Below, piece by piece: positions 1-11,083 of a stretch of 59,052 nt of DNA. Made by a program: the position numbers and the translations under genes. The notes under the pieces are model-generated. The model searched no databases. It was not told the DNA's origin and was given only the letters and a program-made list of their open reading frames with translations. Source of the stretch: Candidatus Enterousia avicola. Its GTDB lineage: Bacteria; Pseudomonadota; Alphaproteobacteria; Rs-D84. Positions within the stretch are counted from its first letter, which is position 1; each line of letters starts with the position of its first letter. Where the stretch lies: NCBI GenBank assembly GCA_018714345.1, contig DVNO01000002.1, forward strand, positions 1 through 59,052. Reading direction: 5' to 3'.

Positions 1-1651
1 GCTCGAAACAATACGGCAGCATATCTCGCAATTTCGGCGCTTCTAAAATTAATAACCCATCATTGTATCTAAAACACCCAGACCACATTTCTTCTAATGA
101 TGGTAAATCTAACATTTTAAGTTTTGTATTATTGGCAAAGCAATTATCCCACATATATTTAAGTACCGGCAGACTTAAGGAACATATATCTGAATTATAT
201 AAGAAACAGTTAGTTCCCATATCCTCTAATTTTGGCAACTCTAGTTTCTTTAGCCCCCTATTATACTCAAAGCAGTTATAACGCATGATTCTAAGGTTTG
301 GTAAATTTAGAGAAGATATGCCGGTATTATACAAAAAACAATTTGCATTCATTTTCTCTAATTTTGGCAAATCAAGCGACTTTAATTTAACTGCGCCCTT
401 AAAACAATTTGCACCCATTATCTTAAGTTTAGGGGCATTGATTAACTCTATATCGCTTCCGGAAAAAAAACAATTATCGCCCAATTCTTCCAATTCTGGC
501 AGTTTCAATTCTTTTATCGCCGTAATATTAAAGCAATTTTTCTTAATTCGCTTTAATCGTGGTGCATTCAATTCAGCCAAAACTAAATTTACTGTAAAAA
601 AATTATTTGGTAAAATCTCTGTATCGGGAAGACTTAAATAGCGAACAAATTTTCCAAAATTTTTTGGCACTTCCGTAATTTCTCGTATACCCGGCAATGT
701 TAATGCCACTATCGTGCCATTTTCTAACGTGGCAATTGGCATTCCACCGACAAAGAAAGAATGCGTACCATCTACATTTTTTCTTACACTAACAGAGTTA
801 TTTTTTACGACGCTATTAAACAAAGACACCAAATATGAATTATCGCCTGAAGATTGACCAACTTCTCGAAAACTTTTGGTCTTAAAATCAAATAAAATAG
901 TATCGAATAATAATTCACTATCTTTGTTTATTTCAACTATTTTACCGTTACATACATAAAACCCGTCACCAATATAAATATTATTTTTTTCATAGTTAAA
1001 TTTTACGATTTTGCCATCAAGCAATATATAATCATCAGGCAAAGATATTTTCCTTGAAGAAAAATCTACATTGAAGTGATATTTTATAGCATCTGCCAAC
1101 CCAGGTATAATTCTGTCTGGTTCGGAATTAAATGTATTATCTGGATTTTCAACAGAATGGTTGTACCTATTTTTTATACTAATAAAACCACCCGTCTTTA
1201 ATACTTGTATAGAAATCACAGATGTTCCATATTTATCTTCTCTTTGCGGGTGCACAAAGTCTTCACGCTTTATATTTTCTACGTCCTTATGAACCGCATT
1301 TATTATGTAGTAGTTTTTAAATCTTTGTGCATCATTAAAAGTACATAATTCTTCGCCGCGCTTAAAATATTTTTTTATTGCGTTTTGCTCTTCTAAAGAA
1401 TTTACAACATAGGCATCATATCCAGCTATACTCAACAAAGCGATAGGATCTTCATGATTTATTTTTTCAATTATTTTAATGTTCTTTAAAGATATTAAAT
1501 ATTCCATGATTGGTTCTGCTTTACGCCCGGCGTATTTCACTATCTTATCCAAATTTGGAATATCTAAAATACCATTATCATAATTGCGAATAGCCTTTGC
1601 AAAAGCTTCTCCATTTTGTTTCTTTATGATATCAAACATTGTTTTTTGCAT
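1..1651 (-). CDS. Leucine-rich-repeat protein (BspA/LRR_5-like repeats); its 3' end runs off the left edge of the window
   Basis: This ORF is missing from the supplied track because it has no stop codon inside the window. I hand-translated the minus strand from the ATG at 1651 to the window edge (550 codons) and found no stop: MQKTMFDIIKKQNGEAFAKAIRNYDNG... The last ~220 aa are ~23-aa repeats of the form L-x-LP-x-L-x-x-h-G-x-NCF. The + strand ORFs 63..281 and 285..641 are its antisense shadows. No N-terminal signal peptide is visible. Confidence 0.7.
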   Translation of the reverse strand, partial: MQKTMFDIIKKQNGEAFAKAIRNYDNGILDIPNLDKIVKYAGRKAEPIMEYLISLKNIKIIEKINHEDPIALLSIAGYDAYVVNSLEEQNAIKKYFKRGEELCTFNDAQRFKNYYIINAVHKDVENIKREDFVHPQREDKYGTSVISIQVLKTGGFISIKNRYNHSVENPDNTFNSEPDRIIPGLADAIKYHFNVDFSSRKISLPDDYILLDGKIVKFNYEKNNIYIGDGFYVCNGKIVEINKDSELLFDTILFDFKTKSFREVGQSSGDNSYLVSLFNSVVKNNSVSVRKNVDGTHSFFVGGMPIATLENGTIVALTLPGIREITEVPKNFGKFVRYLSLPDTEILPNNFFTVNLVLAELNAPRLKRIKKNCFNITAIKELKLPELEELGDNCFFSGSDIELINAPKLKIMGANCFKGAVKLKSLDLPKLEKMNANCFLYNTGISSLNLPNLRIMRYNCFEYNRGLKKLELPKLEDMGTNCFLYNSDICSLSLPVLKYMWDNCFANNTKLKMLDLPSLEEMWSGCFRYNDGLLILEAPKLRDMLPYCFE

Positions 1652-1723
1652 GACAAAAACTCTCTTTTGTCAAAAATAATACAAAAAAATACTTAATATG
1701 CAAGAAAAAATACTGTTTGGTGG

Positions 1724-1752
1724 CAAAAAAAGACCGCCCCAAACGGGGCGGA
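1724..1752 (-). terminator. Rho-independent terminator downstream of the autotransporter gene
   Basis: The stem ccgcccc(1734-1740)/ggggcgg(1745-1751) has a 4-nt loop. On the minus strand it is followed by a T-run (plus-strand A-run 1725-1731). Confidence 0.6.
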
Positions 1753-1757
1753 TTTTA

Positions 1758-4700
1758 TCAGAATCTATATGAACCAGATAGTTTTATATTATGCAATTGT
1801 ATCGCGTCATTGTACTGATAGCGATAGTCAACACCTATCTGAATTCCATTTGCAGACAAGAATTCTATACCGCCACCTATATTCGCCCACAATGGATCAA
1901 TATCCACATCGTATTTAGTATAGGTATCTGCCAAAGCAAACTTATACTTTACGAAATCTGGCGTTCCCAATACATCATATTCTACCCCCACAGACGCGTA
2001 TGGACGAATTTGGAACCATGCCGATGGATATATACGCTTCTGCGCAATCAAGGAATAACCAGGTGTTAAGATTAAATACCCGTCCGATTCCATATCCATG
2101 TAATCTTGCCCACCAGCCTTTTCAGAAAGGTTAAAGCCAAAATTGTATCCAAAACGGGCATAGGCATTACCAACGATATATTGATTCAACCAGTCATGCA
2201 TTAGTCCCCATTCACTTATCAAACTGAATGCGCTGCCACTTCCATCAATATTATCTACAAACGTTTGATTTCTGGAAACATCTAGCAAATGAGCGTCTAA
2301 AAATGCATTTCCATACAGACGGGTCTTCTCTCCCAAAATCTTCATCATATATGCACCTGCCCCAATATTTAAATTATCAACGTTAACATCCACGGTCCCC
2401 AAAACAGATGTATTTGGAAGATAACCCAACTCAATAGCATCGGAAGTATCACTAGAAGAATTGTTCACATGTGCGCTGATTCCAAAGATAGTTGTTTCAG
2501 ACGCCTGCCAATCAAAACCACCTGCCAAGCTGAAACGCTGACCATCCGCATGCTTTCCATCTGATACGTTCTGGAAGAACATGCCATAATCAAAATCTAA
2601 CCAAGCTTTCTTCAAATTGCGGTTTCGATTCCATATAAATTCATCCAACATGCGGTCTTCAAAATCCCTGAAGTTCGTATGTTCATTCAAAGCGATACTG
2701 CCGGCAATCTGTTCCAGTTCTCTTGGTTGGAACAAACGACTAAAGCTAGCTAAAACTCTGCCGTCACCAGTCATATTGTAATATTCCATTCTGTCGTATA
2801 GTTCATTCGCCATCTGAGACAAATTCGTCCCCATAAATATCTGCGGAATTATCTCTATCGGGGAATTATTATAAAACGCTGTATTTTGCAACTGAGACGC
2901 TATTAAATTATCCAAAGCCCCCGCAGAAATATACTCGCCCGCAGTATGAGGAACTGTTTCTGCAACAACTGGTTGCAACTTGAATATATTAACCGGTCCA
3001 CCAAAGTTTGGATCAAATACAACATACAAACTATCCGCAACCCCATCGCCATCTGTATCACGTTCAGAAATATAAATAGGTGTTGTACCATCTTCACTTA
3101 TTGTACCGTCACTAGCTGGACGCAAAGTATCTGCATAATCTATGCAAATGCTGCCATCTGCGTTACAGAACTTAACGTCCAAATTACGAAGTTTTTCAAA
3201 CGCGCCCGCTATTTCTATACCATTTTCCGCATGTAACAACCAGATAGCTGTACCCTGATCAACTGTATCAAATAGAGATATTCCTACTTGCGGCTTTGTA
3301 CCTGCATCCCCCATAACAATACCAGATATATTAGAAACAAATTTATCTCCAACAGTTATCAAAGCTTCACCATTGTCAGCATTTACAATTTCACCCTTTT
3401 TATTATCATCTGTTACCTCTATAGAAGCCCAATAATTCTTAGGGCTTTCGCTACTTGGCATAATCGCCGCCCATAAATCACTAGTGTTACTAAACGTATA
3501 ATTTCCAGCTATGTTCAAACTATTAATTCCCCAGAAATCAACACCACCAGAAACATTTCCCCCCACGGTTGCATTAAGCCAGCTATCTGGTGAAGTTTTA
3601 CCAAAATGCAAATTATCACCGATTACATCACCTGCAATATTCACAACTGATGCATTTATGCTCAAATCCCCAGACATTTGATTAACACCAGCAGCTTCAA
3701 ATGTATTTGTATTTATTACGTATTGATCGGCAGAGATATTGACCGCCCCGTCAGAATAATTCTGATACAGAACAGAATTTTGCGTCGAGAACAAATCTGT
3801 AACACTTACACCCTGCCCCATTAATTCGACATCACCAGCTTCACCAACCACAAAATTATTAGACTTTATAAAACCAGCACCAGAATCAAGGCTTAAAGAC
3901 CCCGTATTAGTAACAGAATCTATAGAAATATCGTTCGTTGCGTTCACAGCCAGATTTCCAGCATTGTCTATTACGTTAGCTGTGAATGAGTCCGTATTAA
4001 ATACAGTATTCGCACCACTCAAAATATTGACATCGCCCCCGAAAGTAGCCGCACCGGTTATATCAAATATTGCATCACCCGAATTTGCATAATAGTTTCC
4101 CGTCGCATTTAACGACGCACCAGAAACAGTTACGTTTGGTGTCAGCAAATTAAATGCCCCCGTACTTCCAACGCCTTTTACAACGTCACCAGCAACAGAA
4201 ATCGCCCCAGCAGACACATTTAAATCAGGCGTATAAAATGCGTTTTCATCAGCCGAAACGCCAAAGTTAATCACAGCGCCATCTACAACACTGACACCAG
4301 CCAAAGTAATATTTGGACTTCCTGCGACACCTTTTGCTATCAAATTCAAAGTTCCCGCATTAACTATCGCACCGCCGACAGTTATTTGATTTTGTGCAGT
4401 CAATGATAGCGTCTTTCCGCTTACTAAGCCAATACCCTCTACAACATTTATGGCATCATTTTCAGAAACCAAACTCAAATTGTCACTGGCAACAGCCAAT
4501 CCTGTGTAAGATACACTTGCCCCGTTATAAGACGTGATGCCATTGGCAATATTAATGGCTTTCTCTGATGAAATTTGTGTTCCTCTTGCGATTAAGGCAG
4601 CCCCATCAGACAAAATCAGCTGTCCGACATCTGCGTCATCAGCAACGATATCAACTGTCGCGCCGACGCCAACAGTAACGTCACCAGATACAGATAACAT

Positions 4701-6629
4701 TTGCTGATTTGTTGCGATGCTATCCCCCAAAACCAACTTATTATTGTTGCCTGAAACATTTATGCTGCCAAACTGCATTATATTTGCGGCCAAAATTGCA
4801 CTGTAAACGTTATTAGAATTTCCTGAAATATTTACAGCCCCACCTACTGACAATGTACCATTTTCAGACGACATTTCAAAGCGTTGTACACCGGCATTAG
4901 CGACATAAACGTCCCCCTTGCCCGTTTCAACACCAGAATTTCCGAAGTTCAAATTGCCACCGATGCTTATTCCATCGTTCACAGAAATAGTTTTTACAGA
5001 ACTATTTACATTTAGCGTACCACCACTAACTACTATGTTTTTAGCGACGTCAACACTACCAATCAAAGCACCTAAATTCAAGCTGCCACCAGATACTCCT
5101 ATCGAGCCAACACTCATCGCACTGACATTTGAAGCATCCTGCGAGTCAGACCCGTTTATATTTGTAACACCACTATTATTATTAAGAGCACCTGAAATAC
5201 TTATACTTTTCGCATTAATATCTGTATTTCCACCTTTATTAATAACATTCCCAGAAAAAGATATACTCCCGTCACTAGTTGGCGATGAAACACTTAAGGT
5301 TCCAGAATTATTAGTAACACCATTTAACTGCACATTCGCAGCTTTCAACGACATTGTCCCAGCATTAGAAATATTTTCCCCAACGACCAAATCCGTACCA
5401 GATTCAATATCTGTATTAGAACCACTAAAAGTTTCTATTCCTTTACGAATCGTTACCCCAGCCCCAGACAGCGCATCTATATCCAATGTTGCATAATTTG
5501 TTATAGAATCTGCTGATAAGACCGGTGCAGACAAAGTCATATTCGCATTTGTATTGTACCCTGTTGCGTTACCATCGCTATTGTATACAACACCATTTAC
5601 TATGGCACTTTTTATATCAAATGCAGTATCAGTTACAGTTAACTTAAAGCTGTTTAATTTATTAGAAAATGCCCCACTCCAATCACTACCTGCGCCAAAA
5701 TTTAATGTTCCGGTGGTCAATGAAAACGCATCCTCTTCTGACATAGAGCTTAAATTCAAACCATATGCAAATGTAGTTGTTCCACCAACATTTATTGTCA
5801 AATCCCCTGTACTAACAAAAGAATACGGATTTAAAGTGGTTCCACCCCCGATAATATTTAAGTTAGCAGCGTTTAAAATCATACTACCACTATTTGACAC
5901 AACGCCAGAAACTATTATATCCCCACCAGCATCTATAGTCATACTAGACGCATAATTGTTTATTCCCCCAGTCACGTCTATCGTACCAGTAGCATTTATT
6001 GTCATAGCCTGAGCGTCATTTATATTTTCTATAAAACCCGGTGCCCCAGCATCTTTATCACCTATATTTATGTTTGCTGCATTTATTATAGTACTTCCGC
6101 TTCCAGAATTAGAAAAACTAAACATAGACAAATTCCCGGAAACATCCATGCTGGTATTACCACCAGTTATCGCAACCGCACCAGTCTTAACTGATCCTAC
6201 ATTTTTAATTGAAAAACCTTCAGCTATAGACACGCTGTTATTAACGGAAAAAGAACCCACATTTTCAATATTAAGCCCCCCCAATGCATCCACTGCCCCG
6301 ATCGAAACGTCTATAGGGTCATTCTGGTTGGCGGACGCCGTTCCTAGCGTCAACGTATAACCAGCAGCCACGTTCAAATTATTATTAATAGTTATTCCTG
6401 TTCCAGAAAGCACTGTAAAATTACTACTTATATATTGCCCGGCAAAAAAATCATTATATCGCCCTGCGTCTTCTGGAATAGGACTTCCAATAACCATATT
6501 ATCTACAGATATTTCACCCGGCGCATCATAACCGTTTTCTAAATTATCTGACGTTCCATTAACTGTAATAGCAGCTTGCGCCCCCAACGGTGCCAAGCAC
6601 AGCATAAAAAATATTGTCTTTTTCATCAT
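1758..6629 (-). CDS. Large autotransporter outer-membrane protein (signal peptide, ~1300-aa repetitive passenger, C-terminal beta-barrel)
   Basis: The 1623-aa ORF starts with the signal peptide MMKKTIFFMLCLAPLGAQA. The passenger is rich in G/N/S/T/V/I repeats (NINxxG, VSGG motifs) typical of beta-helical passengers. The C-terminus has alternating aromatic residues and ends ...KLSGSYRF, with the terminal Phe typical of outer-membrane barrels. Confidence 0.85.
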   Translation of the reverse strand: MMKKTIFFMLCLAPLGAQAAITVNGTSDNLENGYDAPGEISVDNMVIGSPIPEDAGRYNDFFAGQYISSNFTVLSGTGITINNNLNVAAGYTLTLGTASANQNDPIDVSIGAVDALGGLNIENVGSFSVNNSVSIAEGFSIKNVGSVKTGAVAITGGNTSMDVSGNLSMFSFSNSGSGSTIINAANINIGDKDAGAPGFIENINDAQAMTINATGTIDVTGGINNYASSMTIDAGGDIIVSGVVSNSGSMILNAANLNIIGGGTTLNPYSFVSTGDLTINVGGTTTFAYGLNLSSMSEEDAFSLTTGTLNFGAGSDWSGAFSNKLNSFKLTVTDTAFDIKSAIVNGVVYNSDGNATGYNTNANMTLSAPVLSADSITNYATLDIDALSGAGVTIRKGIETFSGSNTDIESGTDLVVGENISNAGTMSLKAANVQLNGVTNNSGTLSVSSPTSDGSISFSGNVINKGGNTDINAKSISISGALNNNSGVTNINGSDSQDASNVSAMSVGSIGVSGGSLNLGALIGSVDVAKNIVVSGGTLNVNSSVKTISVNDGISIGGNLNFGNSGVETGKGDVYVANAGVQRFEMSSENGTLSVGGAVNISGNSNNVYSAILAANIMQFGSINVSGNNNKLVLGDSIATNQQMLSVSGDVTVGVGATVDIVADDADVGQLILSDGAALIARGTQISSEKAINIANGITSYNGASVSYTGLAVASDNLSLVSENDAINVVEGIGLVSGKTLSLTAQNQITVGGAIVNAGTLNLIAKGVAGSPNITLAGVSVVDGAVINFGVSADENAFYTPDLNVSAGAISVAGDVVKGVGSTGAFNLLTPNVTVSGASLNATGNYYANSGDAIFDITGAATFGGDVNILSGANTVFNTDSFTANVIDNAGNLAVNATNDISIDSVTNTGSLSLDSGAGFIKSNNFVVGEAGDVELMGQGVSVTDLFSTQNSVLYQNYSDGAVNISADQYVINTNTFEAAGVNQMSGDLSINASVVNIAGDVIGDNLHFGKTSPDSWLNATVGGNVSGGVDFWGINSLNIAGNYTFSNTSDLWAAIMPSSESPKNYWASIEVTDDNKKGEIVNADNGEALITVGDKFVSNISGIVMGDAGTKPQVGISLFDTVDQGTAIWLLHAENGIEIAGAFEKLRNLDVKFCNADGSICIDYADTLRPASDGTISEDGTTPIYISERDTDGDGVADSLYVVFDPNFGGPVNIFKLQPVVAETVPHTAGEYISAGALDNLIASQLQNTAFYNNSPIEIIPQIFMGTNLSQMANELYDRMEYYNMTGDGRVLASFSRLFQPRELEQIAGSIALNEHTNFRDFEDRMLDEFIWNRNRNLKKAWLDFDYGMFFQNVSDGKHADGQRFSLAGGFDWQASETTIFGISAHVNNSSSDTSDAIELGYLPNTSVLGTVDVNVDNLNIGAGAYMMKILGEKTRLYGNAFLDAHLLDVSRNQTFVDNIDGSGSAFSLISEWGLMHDWLNQYIVGNAYARFGYNFGFNLSEKAGGQDYMDMESDGYLILTPGYSLIAQKRIYPSAWFQIRPYASVGVEYDVLGTPDFVKYKFALADTYTKYDVDIDPLWANIGGGIEFLSANGIQIGVDYRYQYNDAIQLHNIKLSGSYRF

Positions 6630-6731
6630 AATTTTTATTTCTTTCCAACCAAATTTATGATTATATTATTGCACACTTTGTTAAATAAGACAAGACAGAA
6701 CTAAAGTGGAAAAAATATATTTTAGGAATAA

Positions 6732-8006
<1,275 letters not shown>

Positions 8007-8024
8007 TACCAACAAAAGAAAAAT

Positions 8025-8234
8025 ATGACTATAAATACAGACCTTTTATTACTAGTCACGAAATACATACTGGGGGTTATAATTGCAGTGGCAATTATAC
8101 TTGCCCCAGCATGGCTGGCACGCCAGACAAAAAAAAGTAAACAAGACATGATTCTTGTACGTTTAGGCAGCTGGATTTTGGCTTGGACTGGAATTGGTTG
8201 GTTATGGTCGTTATTTTGGTCTTCAAAAAAGTAA
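8025..8234 (+). CDS. Small two-TM membrane protein, superinfection-immunity (Imm, PF14373)-like
   Basis: The 69-aa product has two hydrophobic helices. The pattern P-x-W-L-A-R-x8-I-x8-AWTGIGWLWSLFWS resembles the Imm_superinfect signature (P..IA..R...GWT..GW..AL.WA). The assignment rests on motif recall only. Confidence 0.45.
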   Translation: MTINTDLLLLVTKYILGVIIAVAIILAPAWLARQTKKSKQDMILVRLGSWILAWTGIGWLWSLFWSSKK

Positions 8235-8240
8235 AAAAAA

Positions 8241-8264
8241 CTGCTCTGATAGAGCAGTTTTTTA
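8241..8264. terminator. Bidirectional rho-independent terminator
   Basis: The stem ctgctct(8241-8247)/agagcag(8251-8257) is flanked by an A-run (8233-8240) and a T-run (8258-8264). It serves the convergent genes on both sides. Confidence 0.6.
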
Positions 8265-8281
8265 TAGAAACTCATAATCTT

Positions 8282-8434
8282 TTATATGTTTCGATCTTTA
8301 GTTTGCTTAAACACAACACCACGATTGGCGAACTTTTCAACAAGGTTAACAACACCTTCTTTATAGCCCGCAGCCTTACCCTTTGAATGCATTGCAGCAG
8401 TCGCTTTCAAAATATCATCAATCTTTTCCGTCAT
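8282..8434 (-). CDS. Hypothetical 50-aa soluble protein (below the ORF-track size cutoff)
   Basis: Minus-strand ORF MTEKIDDILKATAAMHSKGKAAGYKEGVVNLVEKFANRGVVFKQTKDRNI. An AAGAGG SD sequence lies 8 nt upstream of the ATG, a near-consensus promoter is upstream and a terminator is downstream. No family was recognised. Confidence 0.4.
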   Translation of the reverse strand: MTEKIDDILKATAAMHSKGKAAGYKEGVVNLVEKFANRGVVFKQTKDRNI

Positions 8435-8472
8435 GTTCTATACCTCTTTACAAACATCTCTCGGATAGAGGC

Positions 8473-8501
8473 AATATATACTAACAAAGTTTTTTTGTCA
8501 A
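8473..8501 (-). promoter_or_regulatory. Sigma-70-type promoter for the 50-aa ORF
   Basis: On the minus strand, TTGACA (8496-8501) is followed by a 17-nt spacer and TATATT (8473-8478). Confidence 0.4.
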
Positions 8502-8530
8502 GTATTTTTAGATTCCCCCTACTTCAAGAT

Positions 8531-10096
8531 TTATTCCATACACCCATACATACCACAAACATCTGCCTCGTCTGGGGCAACATATTCCTCGACAACAGTC
8601 ACAGGAACTTGTTGTGGTTTGTCTTCTGTGTAATGAACTTCTTTTACAACTTTCACCCGACGATTTGCAGCATTGGCCACGCCATCTGGTGTCTGAACTG
8701 CCAAATCTTCTTCGCCGGCAGAAACTGCGACTATTTGGCTTGCTGGTATACCGTACTTTATTAGCATATTTTGTACTGCTTCTGCACGACGACCACCCAA
8801 AGCATAGTTATAATCCTTGCTGCCCATCGTATCGGTATGACCAACAACAGAAACTTTTATATTCTTACTGCCCTGCGTTGCCTGCGCCAACTGCTGAATC
8901 AACTCTTGATATTCAGGTTTTATAACCGCCTTATCAAAATCAAACATTATCTCAAAAACTTCTTCCATAACGTGTTGCTTTGGTTCCAACGGTATCTGCT
9001 GAACCTTTATAAAAGTTTTTTCATAAGATTTCTCGCTATTCGCTTGCAGCTCATCCAAACGCGCATTTATCGCAGCCAACTCTTCACGCATTGCCATCAT
9101 CATATTGATAAACTCTTCACGTGTTACCAACTCATCACTTATCTGCGGTATGGTTACCTGTGGGGTGTTGACCTCTTCCGTTACAGCAGAAGTTTCTGTA
9201 ACAACTGGTGCGCAATCAGCGTTTTGACCGTCCACACAATCGTTAGTAGTAGTTTCACTTATTGTATTATCACTTATCGTTTTATCCCCACCATAAATAT
9301 TCTGATTAAATACAAGTGGCTGAACAGGAACAGGATTTATTAAATGTTCTGGAACATTTACATTGTTCACGATGATAACACCTTCCCTAGCTTTACTTGC
9401 TCCATTCATTGCTTGCATATTTCTTGTATCAGGATAATAAACCTGCTTCGTATCAACCTGACTGCCCTGTTCGACGGCAACCGTGACATCCCCAACAGAA
9501 GTTACTGTCTTTTCTGAAACAGTCTCAACCACCTTACCATTAGAACAATCACGCAACGCCGTCATTGTTTTATAATATCTATCACGACATTCATTTGCCG
9601 TTGCACTTTGTCCACTTGCTGCTGCAGACAACCAACAATCATATTTCGCCTGTGCCTCTGCCGCCAACTTAGGATTAGTCATACTTGCATCATTTTTTAA
9701 TTGGTCTAACAAATCATTATAAGCCGTGTATAGCTCGAATGATTCTTGTTCGTTTTCTACAGGCCAATTATCCAACATTTCCGGGAATGGCAACTCACCA
9801 CTAAAAGCAGCTATCGCCTTTTGAGCGAAATATTCCCCCATATCTGGGTAACCGCTAGTGCGCGCATTATAAATCGCATAAGAACGATAATTCATTGCCA
9901 ACTGATTTAAGAAGGAATCTTGATGAGGTGCCGAATAAACATCTAAACTTTCTACGTAGTCTACCGTTGGTGTAGAAAACAGCATATTCGTAGCATCATT
10001 ACTATTTGTTCCCGCACAAGCCGCCAACAAAGCCACGGACCCAGCGATCACAAAACGAGAAATAACCAACATAGAGGTCAAAGATTTATTTTTCAT
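8531..10096 (-). CDS. OmpA-family (OmpA/MotB C-terminal domain) peptidoglycan-binding lipoprotein
   Basis: The 521-aa product has a lipobox (VALLAAC). Its C-terminal OmpA-like domain reads FDFDKAVIKPEY...VSVVGHTDTMGSKDYNYALGGRRAEAV...NRRVKV. Confidence 0.85.
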   Translation of the reverse strand: MKNKSLTSMLVISRFVIAGSVALLAACAGTNSNDATNMLFSTPTVDYVESLDVYSAPHQDSFLNQLAMNYRSYAIYNARTSGYPDMGEYFAQKAIAAFSGELPFPEMLDNWPVENEQESFELYTAYNDLLDQLKNDASMTNPKLAAEAQAKYDCWLSAAASGQSATANECRDRYYKTMTALRDCSNGKVVETVSEKTVTSVGDVTVAVEQGSQVDTKQVYYPDTRNMQAMNGASKAREGVIIVNNVNVPEHLINPVPVQPLVFNQNIYGGDKTISDNTISETTTNDCVDGQNADCAPVVTETSAVTEEVNTPQVTIPQISDELVTREEFINMMMAMREELAAINARLDELQANSEKSYEKTFIKVQQIPLEPKQHVMEEVFEIMFDFDKAVIKPEYQELIQQLAQATQGSKNIKVSVVGHTDTMGSKDYNYALGGRRAEAVQNMLIKYGIPASQIVAVSAGEEDLAVQTPDGVANAANRRVKVVKEVHYTEDKPQQVPVTVVEEYVAPDEADVCGMYGCME

Positions 10097-10159
10097 AAAA
10101 AAATTCCTTTCTTTAATCCCTGTTATTATACGATTTTTTCATATAAGAGTAAAGGGAAA

Positions 10160-10188
10160 AACAAAAATGTCGTCACAAAAGACGACAC
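10160..10188 (-). terminator. Rho-independent terminator after the 270-aa secreted-protein gene
   Basis: The stem gtcgtc(10169-10174)/gacgac(10181-10186) is followed on the minus strand by a T-rich run. Confidence 0.5.
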
Positions 10189-10190
10189 TT

Positions 10191-11003
10191 TTAATTTGCG
10201 AACAACGACGTTGCCAACGAACCAAGCGAACCAAGCCCTTGGCCCAGACCACCTGATGTAAAGCTACTTACAGATTGCATAATATCACCAGTATTCGTGG
10301 GTTCGCCCAGCGAATTGATAGTACTAGACAAGAATTCTCCCCACAACTGACGTTTTTTTGCACTTAACTTTGAATAAGAGCAACTTTCTATCTTAGACAT
10401 AAGCTTTGCCGCCATTGTTAATTCAGAACCACTATAATCAGCCTCTGTGAAATCAATAAGATTGAAAATATCATAAATATTGGAAACAGTGACTTTATCT
10501 TTATCAGCACACATAGATCTTGGCCCGCCATCAGAGCAATAAACCGCCGTACTAGCTTTTGGATAATTCTCCCATACCATTCCTTTATCGGCGGAACCAC
10601 CAAAATAATCGAAACAAATTGTATCTTCCATTTCTGTAAGCATAGCAGTTTCTACAGACGCTTGATACCCTGTTGCGCTTGTGCAATTTTTTCTGCCTAA
10701 TCTTGTTTGAACTTCTTCTGCCGACATTGCACCAGTTTTTGCCCACTCTTTAATCATATTATTCACAAACGTAATTTCTTGGGTACTGGGTATACATTCA
10801 GCCGTTAACTCTTTTTGTTTTGCGCTTATAGATTGCACATTACTTATCAAACCAAGAACTGTTGGGACAAAACTTGTAACAGAAGATGCCGCAGAAGTTT
10901 CCTGAGCCGCCACTGGGGCAGCTTTATTTATAGTAACGGCCGACACTGGCGAACTCAGCGCAAAAGCAACTATTCCACTAAAAAACAGTAAAAATTTTTT
11001 CAT
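10191..11003 (-). CDS. Secreted hypothetical protein (signal peptide, 7 Cys, Gly/Ser-rich C-terminus)
   Basis: The 270-aa product starts with the signal peptide MKKFLLFFSGIVAFALSSPVSA. No family was recognised. Confidence 0.6.
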   Translation of the reverse strand: MKKFLLFFSGIVAFALSSPVSAVTINKAAPVAAQETSAASSVTSFVPTVLGLISNVQSISAKQKELTAECIPSTQEITFVNNMIKEWAKTGAMSAEEVQTRLGRKNCTSATGYQASVETAMLTEMEDTICFDYFGGSADKGMVWENYPKASTAVYCSDGGPRSMCADKDKVTVSNIYDIFNLIDFTEADYSGSELTMAAKLMSKIESCSYSKLSAKKRQLWGEFLSSTINSLGEPTNTGDIMQSVSSFTSGGLGQGLGSLGSLATSLFAN

Positions 11004-11083
11004 CTCTCTTGGGGGTAATTATAACATATATTTTTTTTATAATAAATATAAAAATTGCTTTTTCTTTCTATTCGCGCTAAACT

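Noticed and set aside
63-641. The + strand ORFs 63..281 and 285..641 from the track.
   Set aside because: They are antisense shadows of the continuous 550-codon minus-strand LRR ORF. They lack SD sequences and have repeat-driven composition.
1791-6360. Multiple + strand ORFs inside the autotransporter gene (for example 4918..5496, 5554..5955, 6070..6360).
   Set aside because: They are antisense to a 1623-aa ORF that has clear signal peptide and barrel features. Their open frames result from the repetitive G/N/S/T/V codon composition.
8387-9343. The + strand ORFs 8387..8764, 8614..8925 and 8771..9343.
   Set aside because: They are antisense to the OmpA-family lipoprotein gene, which has a clear domain signature. 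They have no SD sequences.
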